Origin: Phoronis australis
Taxonomy: Eukaryota > Animalia > Phoronida
DNA length: 64,000 nt
Direction: 5' to 3'
Assembly: GCA_002633005.1 (NCBI GenBank)
Contig: NMRA01000030.1
Coordinates: forward strand, 566,477-630,476
The position numbers and the translations under genes were made by a program. Below the pieces are notes generated by a model. That model saw only the letters and a program-made list of their open reading frames with translations. It had not been told where the DNA came from and did no database searches. This document shows, in pieces, positions 48,823-62,434 of the stretch. Every line of letters begins with the position of its first letter. Within the stretch, counting starts at the first letter, position 1.

Positions 48823-51800
48823 AATTCTTCAGTTTGGGACACAATATAGTGGACAAGTGAAATTTCATTTTGTCAAATTTTTCAACAAAAATAACTTCAG
48901 GAAAATTTGCTTTGCTCTCAGCATGGTTTGGTATGGTGTGGCTACTACCATGGTTTGTATGGCCTGGCTATTACCAAAAAACTTGGTAAAAATTTGAGCA
49001 TTTGTAGCAATGTGATAAGCTTTGAAAAATTAAAAAATGTCAATTTTAGCAATTATTTTCGTCCCAAATTGAAGAATTTTTACCGTAAGTATGTGAAAGC
49101 TTGGTTAGCAAGTTCATGTGGGCAGCTATAATATCATTTGGATGCTTTATTTTTTCGAAATTTATTTTGCTAGAAATTTATCATTGTAAGTTTTCTATTG
49201 TGCTGTTTCAAAGTAGGATTGCAAAAATGTGGTGTGTTCATATTTAAAATTTGTTGTGATGTGAAAAACTTTATTGACGCGAGTCATGTAAAGTACGACT
49301 TGAATTATATTTCTTATACTTTCTTTTATCAATACCAGTTCTTTTATTATTGTAATGCAGTTTGGTCAGGTGTTCAGTTCTCCCTGCCTTTCTTGGTAGT
49401 GGTGATATTGCTGTGATAAATACATTTTATTACCTCATCTTGTTAATTGTTCAACGTATCATTCATTGGCTTTATTCTAGTTGACGTGTGTAATCCTTGG
49501 GCTTGCTTTATTAAAATGCGAATGAACAATCATTGACGTCTAAGATGTGTTTTATAACTTACTGTGATTGGAAATGGGACACTGTTTTTAGAATAAACAG
49601 AAATAATTAAACTGTCACCTTCATCATTACCTGATGTACACTCACCATAACCACCTTCATTTAGTAACCAACAACCAGTATGAGACAAAGGTAGTTTTTA
49701 CTCAACTTATTCAAAACTTTCCAGTATTTACAATAGTTACAGGGCATTATTTCGATTATAAAACTTTAGTGATCTAAGTTTCAATAGGTAAACTTTGTTT
49801 TGATCACGTTTTAGTAGCCTTTTGAATTACCAAAAATGATTTTGAAAATTGATCAGGAGTCAGCTGCTGAAGTCAAGCTTGGATTCATTTTCACAACATA
49901 TTAAAACAACAGTTGCGGCAGACACCGTTGGACATTTCACTTGTTGACAGGATTTCCTTGAGCCTGGATTAGTGTCAAAATGGTAGACTTTGATGAAACT
50001 TATGGATAATTTAAATATAATAGATGAAAGAGACAGCAGAAATAGCGTAAGTTGATGATATAGTGAAAGATAACATCAAATACTAGACCTACGGATTTCA
50101 GTTGGCTCAAATTTGTTAGTCCAGGATTTATTTTGCTATATTAGTCAACTAGTGGATGACTAACAGCATTCATGGTATTATAAGTTGATGAGTTCCTTAC
50201 ACAACCACACACGCATGCACGCACACACATATCCACAATGTAAAATGACTAATATGATAGTATTATGCACTGCAAACATTGCTGATACTCACAAATGCAT
50301 AAAATGCAAATGCCAGTAGTGAATTCACGCCACGCAAAATGGACGGCAATGGCAAGTCACCAAGTTTGCCGTCGTTGCGCACATAGGATAAGCTCTATCA
50401 AGGGGCGTGAAAGTTACTTTTACATGAACTTAAGGTCAATTTTCAGGAATCCGCACAAAGAGTTTACATTTTTTTTCGCTTAGAGTCACATTTTGTAAAA
50501 TTTTGAACTAAAATGGTAATTTCTGTCAGAAACAAATTTAAATAAAGTTTTTCGTCCAGTTTTATGAGCTCCGGCACCTTTGCTCATAGTGTGAACGTGA
50601 ACACCTGCGTTTTTACAGGAATACTTTAAAATTAGCAATGTATTCACAGCACATCTTGTTCTGAAGTAATCAGGCTAACTGCGCGAAAATTGTAGCATAT
50701 ACGAACCAAGTGAGTGACTTCAGCTTTGTAATCAATTTAACAATGATGGTAATGCGTATCTAAATAAAACCAACACATCAGGCGTAACATCATTATTAAT
50801 AGAGAGGTTTCGCAAAGCGACGTTAACCTGAATTATCACGCATCTATTTCTCACAAATTTTTTACCCATTCGTTTTCCTCTGTTATAAATTATTTTAAGA
50901 ACGTTTTTTGAAAGTTATTAACTAGAGTGCACTGTTTCCAAATGCTTTCTATTTAACTATTTACAATAATCTCTCCTAGCCTTTTTACAAGTAGTTTTAA
51001 ATTACATTACCACCTAATTTTGTAATTCTGATTATCTGCAACACTGCATTTTTTATTTTTTTATTCTCTGGTGGCTCCGTGGTCAGCGGACACTTCCAGT
51101 TCTTTCGTCACTGATTGTCCATAAGCGTTACTTTGTATTAATTGTATTTTTTGTCTTAACGTGAGTAAAGTGTATTACTATGTTGAATCTGTCGAGGGAA
51201 ATACGGCCATGTAATAAAGTTTCCGTATTCACCTCCAGCACTACTTCAACAGTGACCTCGGACATGGAAAATTCAAAAGGAAGGCCAATGTCGTTAGCCG
51301 GTTCGATCACCAAACTTTCGGATAATAGTTTAAAGTAACACAGTTATGGCAGTGTAAATAACGCTCATTATACAATCAGGTCTCAATCGTAACATCTGGA
51401 ACAGGACTGTTAATTATATGACAGTTCTGTCTCAGTTTTCAATAGCTAAATATTTTATCATCTGCAATTCAGGCGCCGATTCCTCGGTAACTACAATATC
51501 AAATATAGTTTTTATTTAACAATTTTCAGGAGATGTTACAAGTTCAATGAAAAGTTACCCTTGTTTTCATCTTTTTCAAGTAATAAATCGTCTCATTTAA
51601 AATTGTTTCTTTTACTAGAGAAAACTTGCAGCCTAACGCGCATGTACTTACATATAGGATGTGATCCGCCACCTGAACAGTCTGAGATAAGTATTTAAAA
51701 AATCTGCGGAAAAAATGAAACTTAGGAATTCCAAGCGCATGGGATAAATACGTTCGGTCTCGGTCGATACGCGTAATAATGTCTCGTGGGATATTACTTC

Positions 51801-53228
51801 ATGTACGCCACTCTCGGAACGTTTTGTGTATTATACAGCCTATGTAGGCCTACCGCTATGACGTAATCCCGACAGTGTTTGAGTTTACCCGAATACAGGA
51901 AGATTGGCGTCTCTTTAAACGCGAAACCTGTGTTCCTTTTTAAATTTTATTTGGTAAGACATCGAAAAGATTTTTAATAGGGCTGTCAATCTTTCTTCCT
52001 TGCTTCAGTATAAAATGAATGTGATTCTTTTGTTTATAAATGTTCATTTAAGTTTAGTTGCAACACTTGCTCCAAAATCCTTATTCTGTCGGGCTCCGCT
52101 GTATATATTACAATGTACATGCTTAATTTACATGCATCTGTTTATTTGAAACTCCAAATAAATGTCGCATTCTAAGAGTTGACCATTTTTCGCAGGAATT
52201 CGTAGTGGGCCTAACCAAGTTTTTTCATATTCAACATATTTCTATCTAGCGGATATGTACTACGATAACTGGACAACCTGAGCTCACTTAAGCACTGTAG
52301 TGGGGTGTAGGCGCATGTAGGCGCAGCCATGCACCACACTTTGGCATTTGAACGTAGTGCCTACGCTCAAGGTGATCATACGGTTGGGTTTGAGCGCCTA
52401 CTTACCTGTATTTCACCACTACAGCAGTGGCTCACTTATGCAGTTCACGTCTAGGACTTTCACGTTCGCGTAAAAATGTTGCTGTAGCGAAACCCATTTT
52501 TGTTACTGTAACTGTCGGTGAATCGGCACGCGCAATGTCGTATGCAAATTTTATTCAGAATGAAATCGAGTTCCCTTTTAAGGTTAGGACGGTGGGGAAT
52601 GTTAATCTGGTCTAGTGAGAACGGGTGACAATTTGGTACGGTAGACTATTACGCTGATCTAAAATATATGTTCCGACCGCAAACTAGTCCGGACTAACTA
52701 CCCATTGCGAAAGCAGCTTTAAGAACAGCGGCACAGCCCACTGAGTCGCTTAGATACAATCGTATCAGACACAAGGGCAATTATCGACCATAGAGAACTG
52801 ACCATGAGAAAGACTAATCAGTCGCGTAAAATATTGGCTACAGCGGTCATCCGCCCATTCTTGAGCTAAAACACGAACATGTTGGAGTCAACGGGAGGGC
52901 GCCGTAATGAGTCTCAGTCTGATGACAGTGGGAGTCATAGATATCAAGATGGGAGTATTCGTCTGAGGTCTTACTCCATCTTGTTCAAATGACCCCAAAC
53001 TAGGGTTTTATCGAATGAAAAGAACGGATTTGATTGGAGACATCCGAAAGAGAGATGAAACGATAATATGCCCATAAACACAATTTCGAGCAAGAAAAAA
53101 TTTGGAGAACTGCTCACAATACAACTATGGCAGGTATTCAGATTTCAACGGTAGGCCTAGTCTAATAAATAGACTGCCACTTGAGCAGAGAGGTCTTTGA
53201 TTTCACTTGAGCTTCAGTTGAGTCTAAC

Positions 53229-53400
53229 ATGGCGACCGATCCAATCTTTGTGAAGGAAGAGAGTTGCAAATCCAACTGGAAAGACGCTACTGCGGACTAT
53301 AATGAAGCTGATACTCATCTTGAGATAATGGGGAAACCGGTGATGGAAAGATGGGAAACTCCATTTATGCACAAATTAGCAGAAATTGCTTCATCGAAAG
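53229..53400 (+). CDS. GAMT: GAMT exon 1 ([11 protein letters not shown]...AEIASSK)
   Basis: ATG in aacATGg context, donor AAAG|gtagtc. Confidence 0.95.
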
Positions 53401-56400
53401 GTAGTCAGCCAGTCTCGTGCACCAGTGCCAAAATTGCCAAAATCAGGTCTATTTTAGCATGATTTAAGCTAAAGCCGTGTTTGTAAACCGAAATTCCATC
53501 TAGAGCAATCTATATCTTTGTGTCAAGTTTGAAGTTTCAAGTGTGACGTTCAAATTTCTTTTGAGCGTGGTTCAAAATGGCACGTTGCTACCTAGGTTCT
53601 TCCAAGATACAAGTGTGGCGCTGTAGTAGAATCCAAGATGGCCGCCCCCATTAACCCATACTCTAATGGATAGGCGACGGCATATCTCAATCTACCCTTC
53701 AGTGGTGTAAAGCTGTAAAAATGTGCAAACATCTGTGCAAAGCTGTACATTCATACAGCTTTGCACCGTTGTTTGCAAGAAATGGCTGTATATGACAGTG
53801 TTTCCATTTACTGGTAAATACCTGTATTATACGGGATTTTTTTTAAGTCTCAGTGGCGGATTTAGCCTTGGTACTAAGCTGTATACTAAATATACAGCTT
53901 TGCACCGATGTGGATAAAAAGTGGTAAGATAAAATGTGACACAAAATTAGTGTCATTAAAAACTAGTCTTCCTCGAGTAAACTAAATTATTTAACGGTGT
54001 TGGAAAAAAATGGCGTTCTACCGTTTGATTCTGCTGCTAAAGTTGTGGAGCGATCTTTAGCAACGGCTTTCGGTGCCATGAAATATTGCGTCACCTATTG
54101 GCCAGTTTCTTTTTTCAACCAACTGTTCTTCTTTCACGAGGTTGCGTAGAGCGTACACGTCACAACTAATTATCGGAGCTGGTTTCACTTCATTTTAAGT
54201 TTTTAAACATTGGATTCCGAAAAACTGAATTTCAGAAAAAATTTTGCTGCTGCCAAGCTATCATCATCTCCCGAGAGATGTCGCAAAAATTTAGGAAATG
54301 GCGTGTGCGTGTCACACGAGCGTACTGTTTTCAAAACGACTACATACTTTCATTGTTAGAAAAGGCAGAGAGTTAGTCAAGAAAATGACGTTTATTGAAT
54401 TGTTTTTCACTTAAACGACTGTAACGGGCAAGGTGAGTGTCAGTTGATTCCCAGATTTTGCATGCACCCTGTCCGGTCTTTAGCTTTACATGTTGATACA
54501 AGTTTCACGACGCAGTGATGAGCAGAACTACCCTGGCTGTGTGCAATTTCGGGGTCTAGGGAAGAAATACACACAGTGGTACCTAGCTTTATTTTGATGA
54601 CAGTCTTCATACAGCTAGCTGGCTGGCTATGGCGGAATTAGAGGGGGACCAAGGGGGCAATGGCCACCCCTAAAATTCTCCCAGATTCCATTTAGCAGTG
54701 CGGGGGTGCAAATGTCTGACGGGTCAAATCCTGGCTAATACTCTGCCCTGGCCCCCCTAACTCAAAATTCTAGATAAACCCCTGCGTCTGATTGGAATTT
54801 TGTATTGATCTCCGCCAGTCCTTGAGACTGAGAAAATATTTGAGCACTTACATTGAACAAAACTAATCTACGCACGATCCAATTAAATATCGCAAATCAA
54901 TTTTGGGCATTTATTTCCCTTAAACTGGCTAAAGCAATTAAAACGATGTCCTCGGCAACCACTGTCACTGTGACTATCGTAACTTCCATGAAGTCGAAAT
55001 TGCAAGTGAAACGATAAAAAAACGATGGAAAAAAATAGAACAACACTTTAATGTGTTCCAACTGACATAGTTCATTTTTCTTTGCTTCAATTTTAATCCA
55101 AGAAAATCAACAGATTTAAATGATGAGTGATTTTCTCAGGAACCGCAATTTAATTAAGCAGTCTATTCTCCAGATCGGCGTGTCAAAAATCCTGTGGAAC
55201 CACAATAAGATCTGAATGACGCAAATTAGTACCATGAAAAACTGGCTACAACACTCCTTATCGGTTTCAAGGCCAATTTAATCCTGTGTGTTTTTAATGG
55301 GCAGTACGCCACATCCTGTCACCGAATACTCGCCCTAATAAGCGCCCGGGGCACCTAGAAAAATTCATTTCAGGAGGGGGCACTTATAGATTAAGCTGGT
55401 TGAAACCTGGTCTCTGAAACGGGTGAAATCTTAAGCTAGGATTCATCAAATTTACACTCTGTGACGTATCTGTAACCTAGGGCGAAAACTCGCCGGCTGA
55501 TGCGTTGCTGCCTCACGATCGTCAATAGAGCAACTTGAAGTATTGAATGAAAATAAAGTTTCAGCCCAACAAATTACCTCCTTAAGCTTTCAAAATAGGG
55601 TCCCTAAAATTTTTAAGTTCTTGTGGGTTCGGGATTAACTACATATTAAGTCCAAATCTGCGCTAGACCCTACCCCGCAACACAAGAAAAATCTCTGGAT
55701 GAACACCTGTTGTTGTCACGTGACATTTGTTTTGAAATTTGTCTGCGTATTGTGTGAGTGAGCGAGCGCGTACGTGTCATTAGAGTTTATTTGCCAGAAC
55801 AAACGTGATGTAATGATATAGGTGTGCACTGTAACTAAAGAAATCATCACAGGCAGTAAAGCAGAACTTGTCTAAAGCACTTGTTGATCTCATCTCCTAA
55901 AAAACTTTCGAGAATTGTCTCGGTGAGTCACCGAGTGACTGGATGCGTGACAATCTAACACTTATTTTCCAGGAGATTCGGGGATGTAAGGGTGCGAAAG
56001 TGTTCACTATAAGTGGGTTATTTTCACTTTAAAAACACCAATTGTGATTAATTGAAATTCCTCCTAAAAATAACGCGAACGTTTTTTACGGTATTACAAA
56101 CTTTCAGAAATTAGTACCAATATTTATTTCTTGCCGATGCTATGCTACCCGTTTCATGAATAGATAGTTCCCGAAGACAGGTACATGTATGTAGCCCGCG
56201 CTTCCTAGCCACGAGCTTTTAAGTAAGGTCAATTTTTTATTAGTCTTCGATTCGTGGTTTTCACGGCGTGTACAAAGAAATTTGGATTCCTGTTGAGAGA
56301 GAAGGTCTGTACGGGAAAAATACTTTACAATCCCGTAATTGACAAGTATGCTGCGTCTGTTCTGAAAGGCCAGGCCATAATGGGACACGTTTTTCGGAAG

Positions 56401-59400
56401 ATCAGCAAAACTTTTGCATTCTTTTTGAAGCACGGCAGAAGTTTGAAGTGTACAGTCACGGCTAAATACCGAGATAGCGGCGAGGCTTGTGGTTTACAAA
56501 TTCGGTGCTCAGTGACTTTCTTCAGAACTGTCGGATCTTATTGATAAATTGAAGACGTTACTGTAGAATTTTAGATCTGTAGGTAAAGCATTTTTTGCAT
56601 GGACTGGGCGCTTATTTTAGCAAAGTCTGAAAACGCGTGGGGAGCGCTTATAGGGGCATGGGCGCTTATTAGGGCGAATACAGTAAGTGGTTTTCACTTC
56701 GTCAACAATACATTTTACACTTCGAATTGTCAGTTAGTGCTTACTTTCTTCAGCGATCCTTTGTGGTTCTGTACATACCTTTGATGAAGCATGTGTACAG
56801 GAATTAAGATGACTTTGGCAAAGAATTTCAACTCCATTTTTTATGTGGCGTTGACTTTTTCACCACGAGTGGTAACCGCAAACTTTGAGTATTTCAGTTG
56901 GTGTCACAGGAGTTAAGTCCCTGTTCTTGCCACATTCCATTCTCACTAGGGGGCTAGTCATCAATAGAGTACCTCTATTCACTAGGTTACATAATGAAGG
57001 TAATTACTGTTTCTTGTCAGGTCATCTTAACAAGACTTGAAATGATGGGCCAGACTCTGTTTTTCCATTTTCTTTTTGGGATGTAAAGAATTCACCAAAT
57101 ACATGGATAATTTGAAACAGAATGTTTATATTGCCAAAACAATAAATATTACCGTATATCAAAATATTAACAAATATTAACCAGTCACCGCCTGATATTG
57201 GCATATGCCGGCAGTGACCCTTACTGATAACTCAGATGGTATCGAAGTGTTCCCATTGCAGTTAAGTGTTCCCATTTATCAAAGCTTTGGCAACACGGAA
57301 GCTACGGAGCGAGTGGGAAAGGCCTTTAAATCATCATATTAACCACAAAATTGTAAGCTTTCATACTTCTCAGAAATAAGATAAATTGAGAAATTTTAAG
57401 AATCAAATTCCTTCTCTGTCACACAACTTTAGTGGTATTTGTTGCAGCCTGGCAAAAAGTATACGCATTCATTGAATCGTACTAATGAGACATGACAATA
57501 TGTATTCATTATTTTTCTGTTTTGAAATTTTTTTCAGAGTTGATCATAGTGTCCTCTAATTTTATGTCCGTCACAAATCTAATTGACCATGGAGTAAAAA
57601 CACCAACCATTTTTGCACATGTTTATAGAGAAAACACAAAAAAATCTCGCTCCCAAGATGTGCAATGTTTTTGCTGTAGGTGGCAGAGTCCTCGAGATTG
57701 GATTTGGCCTAGCTATAGCAGCGAGCCGAGTGGAGGATTTTGATATCGATGAACATGTGATCATTGAGTGCAATGATGGAGTGTTCGCTCGACTACAGGA
57801 TTGGGCAAAGGAACAGAAACACAAGGTATACTAAAGCTTATTCAAAATTTGGAACGAAAGTTATTGCCAAAGTTGACAATTTCAAAAGTACACTATAGTG
57901 CTATAAATTTTTAATTATACGTATTAATTGTGTAGATCATGTTGTAGTACTTAAACAAGGGCTGTTGCTCGACGCATCTTTGTTTGAAAATCGTTTATGC
58001 AAATTATCTGTTGTATTATATCATTTTACTGTTTTACATTCTTGGGGACTGGCCTGTCACACTCAGATAGCTCTCAGTCCTGGGAAAACCCAATTCATCA
58101 ACTGCCAAACGCAGTGCTGTAGCTACAAAATGGGCTTACACACCCCAAACACAGCCAGTCACTTCATAGCTCTGACTGCCTAACATAATACACATTCCAT
58201 GTTTGTGGATTTGGGTTTGACTCTGAATGGCCCATATTATTTATTGTTTATACCTGTCTAAGTTATTATGTAAGCTGAACAGATAAGCATCTTTAAAAGG
58301 TCTGATTCAAGACTCTGTATGTGCCCATAAGGCATATGATTCATGTTTAGGCTATTCTGTATGTGCCTCTATGATGTATGTTTTGTGTTGCAGATAACGC
58401 CTTTAAAAGGAATGTGGGAAGATGTCAGCCCTACTCTAGAGGATGGAACATTTGATGGTGGGTTATGTTAAAGAACTTACTGGCCTTCTTAAACTGTAAA
58501 TGACATTTGTGTTCACAAATATCATTCTGACATGTTCATTATTTATTAGAAATTAAGTTATCTTGAAGTTTCCCAGATGAATATGTGCTAGGAAATTTGC
58601 TAAATTCATGGTTTCCTTTTCAGTTGGGATATTAATGAAGAACAGGAAGCATTTTATAATTTTTGTACGTCCATATATAGAGAATCTTACACGAGTCTCA
58701 GGTTTATGACATGGGCAAAACCTCTCGGGATTTTGACGAAATTTCCAAGACGTTTTGCCCATGTCATTAATCTGAGATGAGTGTAGGATTTCTTTTCTCA
58801 CATGAACCATGAAAATGATCTTTTTGCTGAAAAACTCAACGTGTCTAAAACTTTCAACCACACAATGCAACTTGCACAATGTAAAATAATTCAGTTACTT
58901 TTTTTAATAGTTTTGTTTTAAGCTTAACAATGTTACTGTAAATTGCATTCAGCTTTCGCAGCAAATATTCAAGTTAGAATGTAATAGTCTCTGAAGTAAT
59001 ATGATAAATAACAGTCAGGAAGGCTTTACCGTGCGAGTACTGAATTGACCTTGAGACAGCACAGCTAGACAGTCTCATTGTGTTTCTTGAGTGAGTTTGG
59101 ATTCGTCTCTGTTTTAATGAAGTTGGATATGAAATTCACCACCGAAGATGGGTCCGTTTAAGAAGTTGAATGTTTTCATGTCCTTCCGACTGGGAGTACG
59201 TACATTTGCGACACCCGATTTGTCACTCATTACCTTGTCACCTTTTTGGAATTCCGGCATTGTTTAGCTGTTGGTATTAATGTCTTTCAGATGATAAAAT
59301 GTAAGGCTTGTGGACTTCTACTTTGCACTACTTTGTTATTTGCCCATGTAATATCAAAAAAATTACGTACTCGGTGTTATTAACCAGTCGTATCGTAACA

Positions 59401-60322
59401 TATTCCAGGTCATGTGAGAAATTTATATGTGCAACTTTGCAGATATGCTCTTTTTATAGATGTGAGGGCATAAGTAAATGTTTAGGCTAACCTCACTGCA
59501 GGTATGCCCTCTAGTGGCAATTTTATTTTTTATGTTTTCATACTTTATATGCCATGAGATCTTATATCAAGGTTATATTTAGTAATACTTCTTCGAATAT
59601 AACTACATGGCATTTGCAAACACATGCTTACAGCTGACACTACGTCCTAACAGCTGATGAATCGCTGAGATCCCTGTTGTTCTGTGGAACTGGCTGTGTT
59701 AGATTTTGGCTTTGAATATCCCTATCTTGAAATGACAGGGCACAACTCTTGTTTTGTGGTATTAACGAATAATGCAACACATGTTTCTGTCTATGTCTCT
59801 TGTTCTGCCTCCTCAGCTGCAGATGTACTAGTCACTATGTTGTATCCTAATTATTATGTAGTTCATCATTGTAATGCAGTCAACTTGTGTTATTCCATTT
59901 TGAGTGTTAGTCACTTCCAGTGGTCCCGCTTGTTATTCCGTTGAGAAACTGTTCTCAAAATATGGTATCCCTGTAACTATTGCCATATTCTGTATTACAA
60001 TGAGGACTCCAAGACATCCATCAAAATGGGGAATATCAGTGTTGGATGTACATCCCTATTAATCAATCCAGGAATGTCCAATGCACTTTAAAGTCATGCA
60101 GTTGAATGATGAACATTTGAGTAGTGTGTGTTTATGATGGCAGGTATTTTGTATGACACTTACCCATTGAGTGAAGCTGACTGGCACACACATCAGTTCA
60201 ACTTTATCAAGCAACACGCCTTTCGTCTTCTAAAGCCAGGTGGTGTACTCACTTACTGCAACTTGACCTCATGGGGTGAGCTGCTCAAAACTAACTTCAC
60301 CAAGGATGAACAAATGTTTGAG
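53229..60322 (+). CDS. GAMT: Guanidinoacetate N-methyltransferase, 3'-partial spliced CDS: join(53229..53400,57680..57825,58394..58457,60144..60322); last exon not found in window
   Basis: GAMT motifs [16 protein letters not shown]-binding [38 protein letters not shown] and [20 protein letters not shown] sites with consistent phases. Confidence 0.97.
53700..53910. mobile_element. Small MITE-like inverted repeat in GAMT intron 1
   Basis: cagtggtgtaaagctgta ... tacagctttgcaccgatg. No clear TSD. Confidence 0.5.
54627..54784 (-). mobile_element. Inverted, internally deleted copy of the 1719-2027 MITE
   Basis: ggcggaattagaggggg..ccaagggggcaatggcc...cccctaactcaaaattctagataaacccctg. Confidence 0.7.
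55322..56683 (-). mobile_element. Near full-length inverted copy of the Tc2/pogo-like element (GAMT intron 1)
   Basis: TIRs cgccctaataagcgccc / gggcgcttattagggcgaatacag|ta. Colinear with the reverse complement of 20016-21510. Confidence 0.85.
57680..57825 (+). CDS. GAMT: GAMT exon 2 ([10 protein letters not shown]...WAKEQKHK)
   Basis: Acceptor ttgctgtag, donor AAG|gtatac. Confidence 0.96.
58394..58457 (+). CDS. GAMT: GAMT exon 3 ([21 protein letters not shown])
   Basis: Acceptor gtgttgcag, donor G|gtgggt, 64 nt. Not in the ORF track. Confidence 0.95.
60144..60322 (+). CDS. GAMT: GAMT exon 4 ([23 protein letters not shown]...QMFE)
   Basis: Acceptor ggcag, donor GAG|gtaata. Contains the catalytic YDTY. 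Confidence 0.96.
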
Positions 60323-60593
60323 GTAATAGCAAACTTCCAATGTACCACTTTTTAATGTCATGCAACCAGAAAATCACTCGCTTTATCCATTTCCATATAT
60401 TGTTTGGGAACATTTTTTTTCATTTTTGAATATTATGTGACATTTGGTTTGTTGGTGTTATTTATTTGAAGATCTCTTGGCATGCATGTTACACCCAATG
60501 CTGTAAAATCCTGCTAAACAAAACACTGTCTACATCTCATGTGATTTGTAAGTGACACTCAAGATTTGTCCAGTGAACACTACTGGTTTCACT

Positions 60594-62288
60594 TTTTATG
60601 CGCCCACATATTTATATGTGGTTGCATATTGCCGTCATCTCTGTCTGGGCGTCCGGCATCCGCAGCTGTATCTCCTAAACCACTCACAGGATCTTGATGA
60701 GATTTGGCAGATGTGTTCCTATCAAATTTCGGACCTCTCCGACTACTAGTGTGCCCCCTAGTGGCAATTTTAGTTTTTTATGCTTACCTCTCTATATTTG
60801 GAGGTCCTCAACGTATTTTCATTAAAATTGGAAAAAAAGGCATCTATTGACAGTTCCTCTCGTTTTTGGATAGATGCGATGTTGTTTCCGCCATGTAGTA
60901 GCCATTTTGACTCTTTTCGAGTCCACCACTCTATCAACCAAACCGCTTTGTGGAGTATTGTGAAAATTGGCATGTATGTTTTTACTATGAAGAGGATGGC
61001 TGACGATGATTTTCGGACGATTTTGAATACTGTGGCGCCTCCTAGTGACAGTTTTGTTGTTTTTTTGCACCCATGGCTGTATCTCCTAAACTGTTGGCAG
61101 GATCTTTACTAAATTCAACAAGTATATTTATATGGTGTTGACAACAGACAACGACGATTTTTGCAGTGATCGGACTACCGGTTCGCCCCCTGGTGGCGGT
61201 TTTAGGTTTTTACGTTTACCTATGTATCTTCAAAGTTCCTCAATGTATTTTCATAAATTTGGAATATTGGCATCTATTAGTGAGATGACAGTATCCTCTC
61301 GTTTTCGGATGGATTTGACGTTGTTTGCTCCACCTAGTGGCCATTTCTACTGTTTTCAAGTCTGTTTTTGGCATCCACCCCTCTATCAGCCAAAGTGTTA
61401 TAAGGATGGTTGTGAAAATTGGCATGTGTATGTTCTTACTATGAAGAAGATGGCTGACAATGATTTTCCAATGACTTCGACTTCTGTGGCACTTCCTAGT
61501 GTCAGTTTTGTTTTTTTTTGCGCCCATTTGCAGGATCTTTTCTAAATTTAGCAAGTGTATTTATATTGACCACATTTTTCACACGCATCTGACCACCTGT
61601 GTGCCCTCTAGTAGCAATTTTATTTTTTACGTTTACCTCTGTATATTCAAAGATACTCGACGGAGTTTCATAAAATTTGGAATATAGCCATCTTTTGGTG
61701 AGGTGTCGCTATCCTTCCGTTTTCAGATGAATTAGAGGTATTTTGCGCCACCTAGTGGCCATTTTTGCTGTTTTCGAGTGTGTTTTTTTGTCGTCCACAC
61801 CTCTATCAGCTGAACCATTCTGAAGGTGATTTTGAAAATTGGCGTATTTGTTCTCAGTGTGAAGAGGACACTTGAGGATGACTACTCTGACTACTGTGGT
61901 GCCTCCTAGTGGTGGTTTTGTTTTGTTTTGCGCCCATACATGTATTTCCTAAACCCGGTGCAGGATCTTTATTAAATTTAGTAAGTGTATTTGTATAAAG
62001 CTAACCATAGACGACTTTCAGGGGGATGCTATGCCCCCTTGTGGCAATTTCATTTTTTCTCGTTTTAATTATTTTCTCCTAAGATCCTTGACAGATTTTT
62101 ATGAAATTTTAATTTAAAATTAGTAAATAGCTTTCTATTGAAGAAGCGATGGCATTTTCTGTTTTCAGATGGATTGGACGTTTTGCACTATCTAGTTGCC
62201 ATTTTTATGATGCCATTAAACAACTCTAGAAGCACACTGTTTGCTGTGCATTGGTGGGTGCATTGCAACGCTCCGCATTGCTCATGTT
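60594..62288 (+). mobile_element. Helentron-associated non-autonomous element (HINE/DINE-1-like) with internal ~430-bp tandem repeats
   Basis: 5' T-run + subTIR atgcgcccac and adjacent inverted repeat tatgtggttgcat, then a GTCY-like tract. About 3.5 internal units follow. The 3' end has subTIR gtgggtgcat + hairpin gcaacgc-tcc-gcattgc. Confidence 0.75.
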
Positions 62289-62434
62289 ATTGCTCGTTGC
62301 TGTTCAATTTAATGTATCAGTTTCTTTGCCTGTTGTTATGCTATCAGTGAAGACCAAGGCTTAAAAATTTGTCAAGGGGTCAATGACAGATCTCTGAATG
62401 GTCCCTGTGTTGGAAATCCAGACGTTACGGGGTA

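Noticed and set aside
50800-52500. Weak inverted termini (ggtttcgcaaagcgacgtt / aatgttgctgtagcgaaacc) between GDA and GAMT
   Set aside because: The match is short and imperfect with no clear TSD. It may be an old DNA transposon, but I cannot support that.
53633-53646. YY1-like motif caagatggccgcc in GAMT intron 1
   Set aside because: It is a single short motif, and similar sequences occur inside repeats in this window (e.g. 31110), so no function can be inferred.
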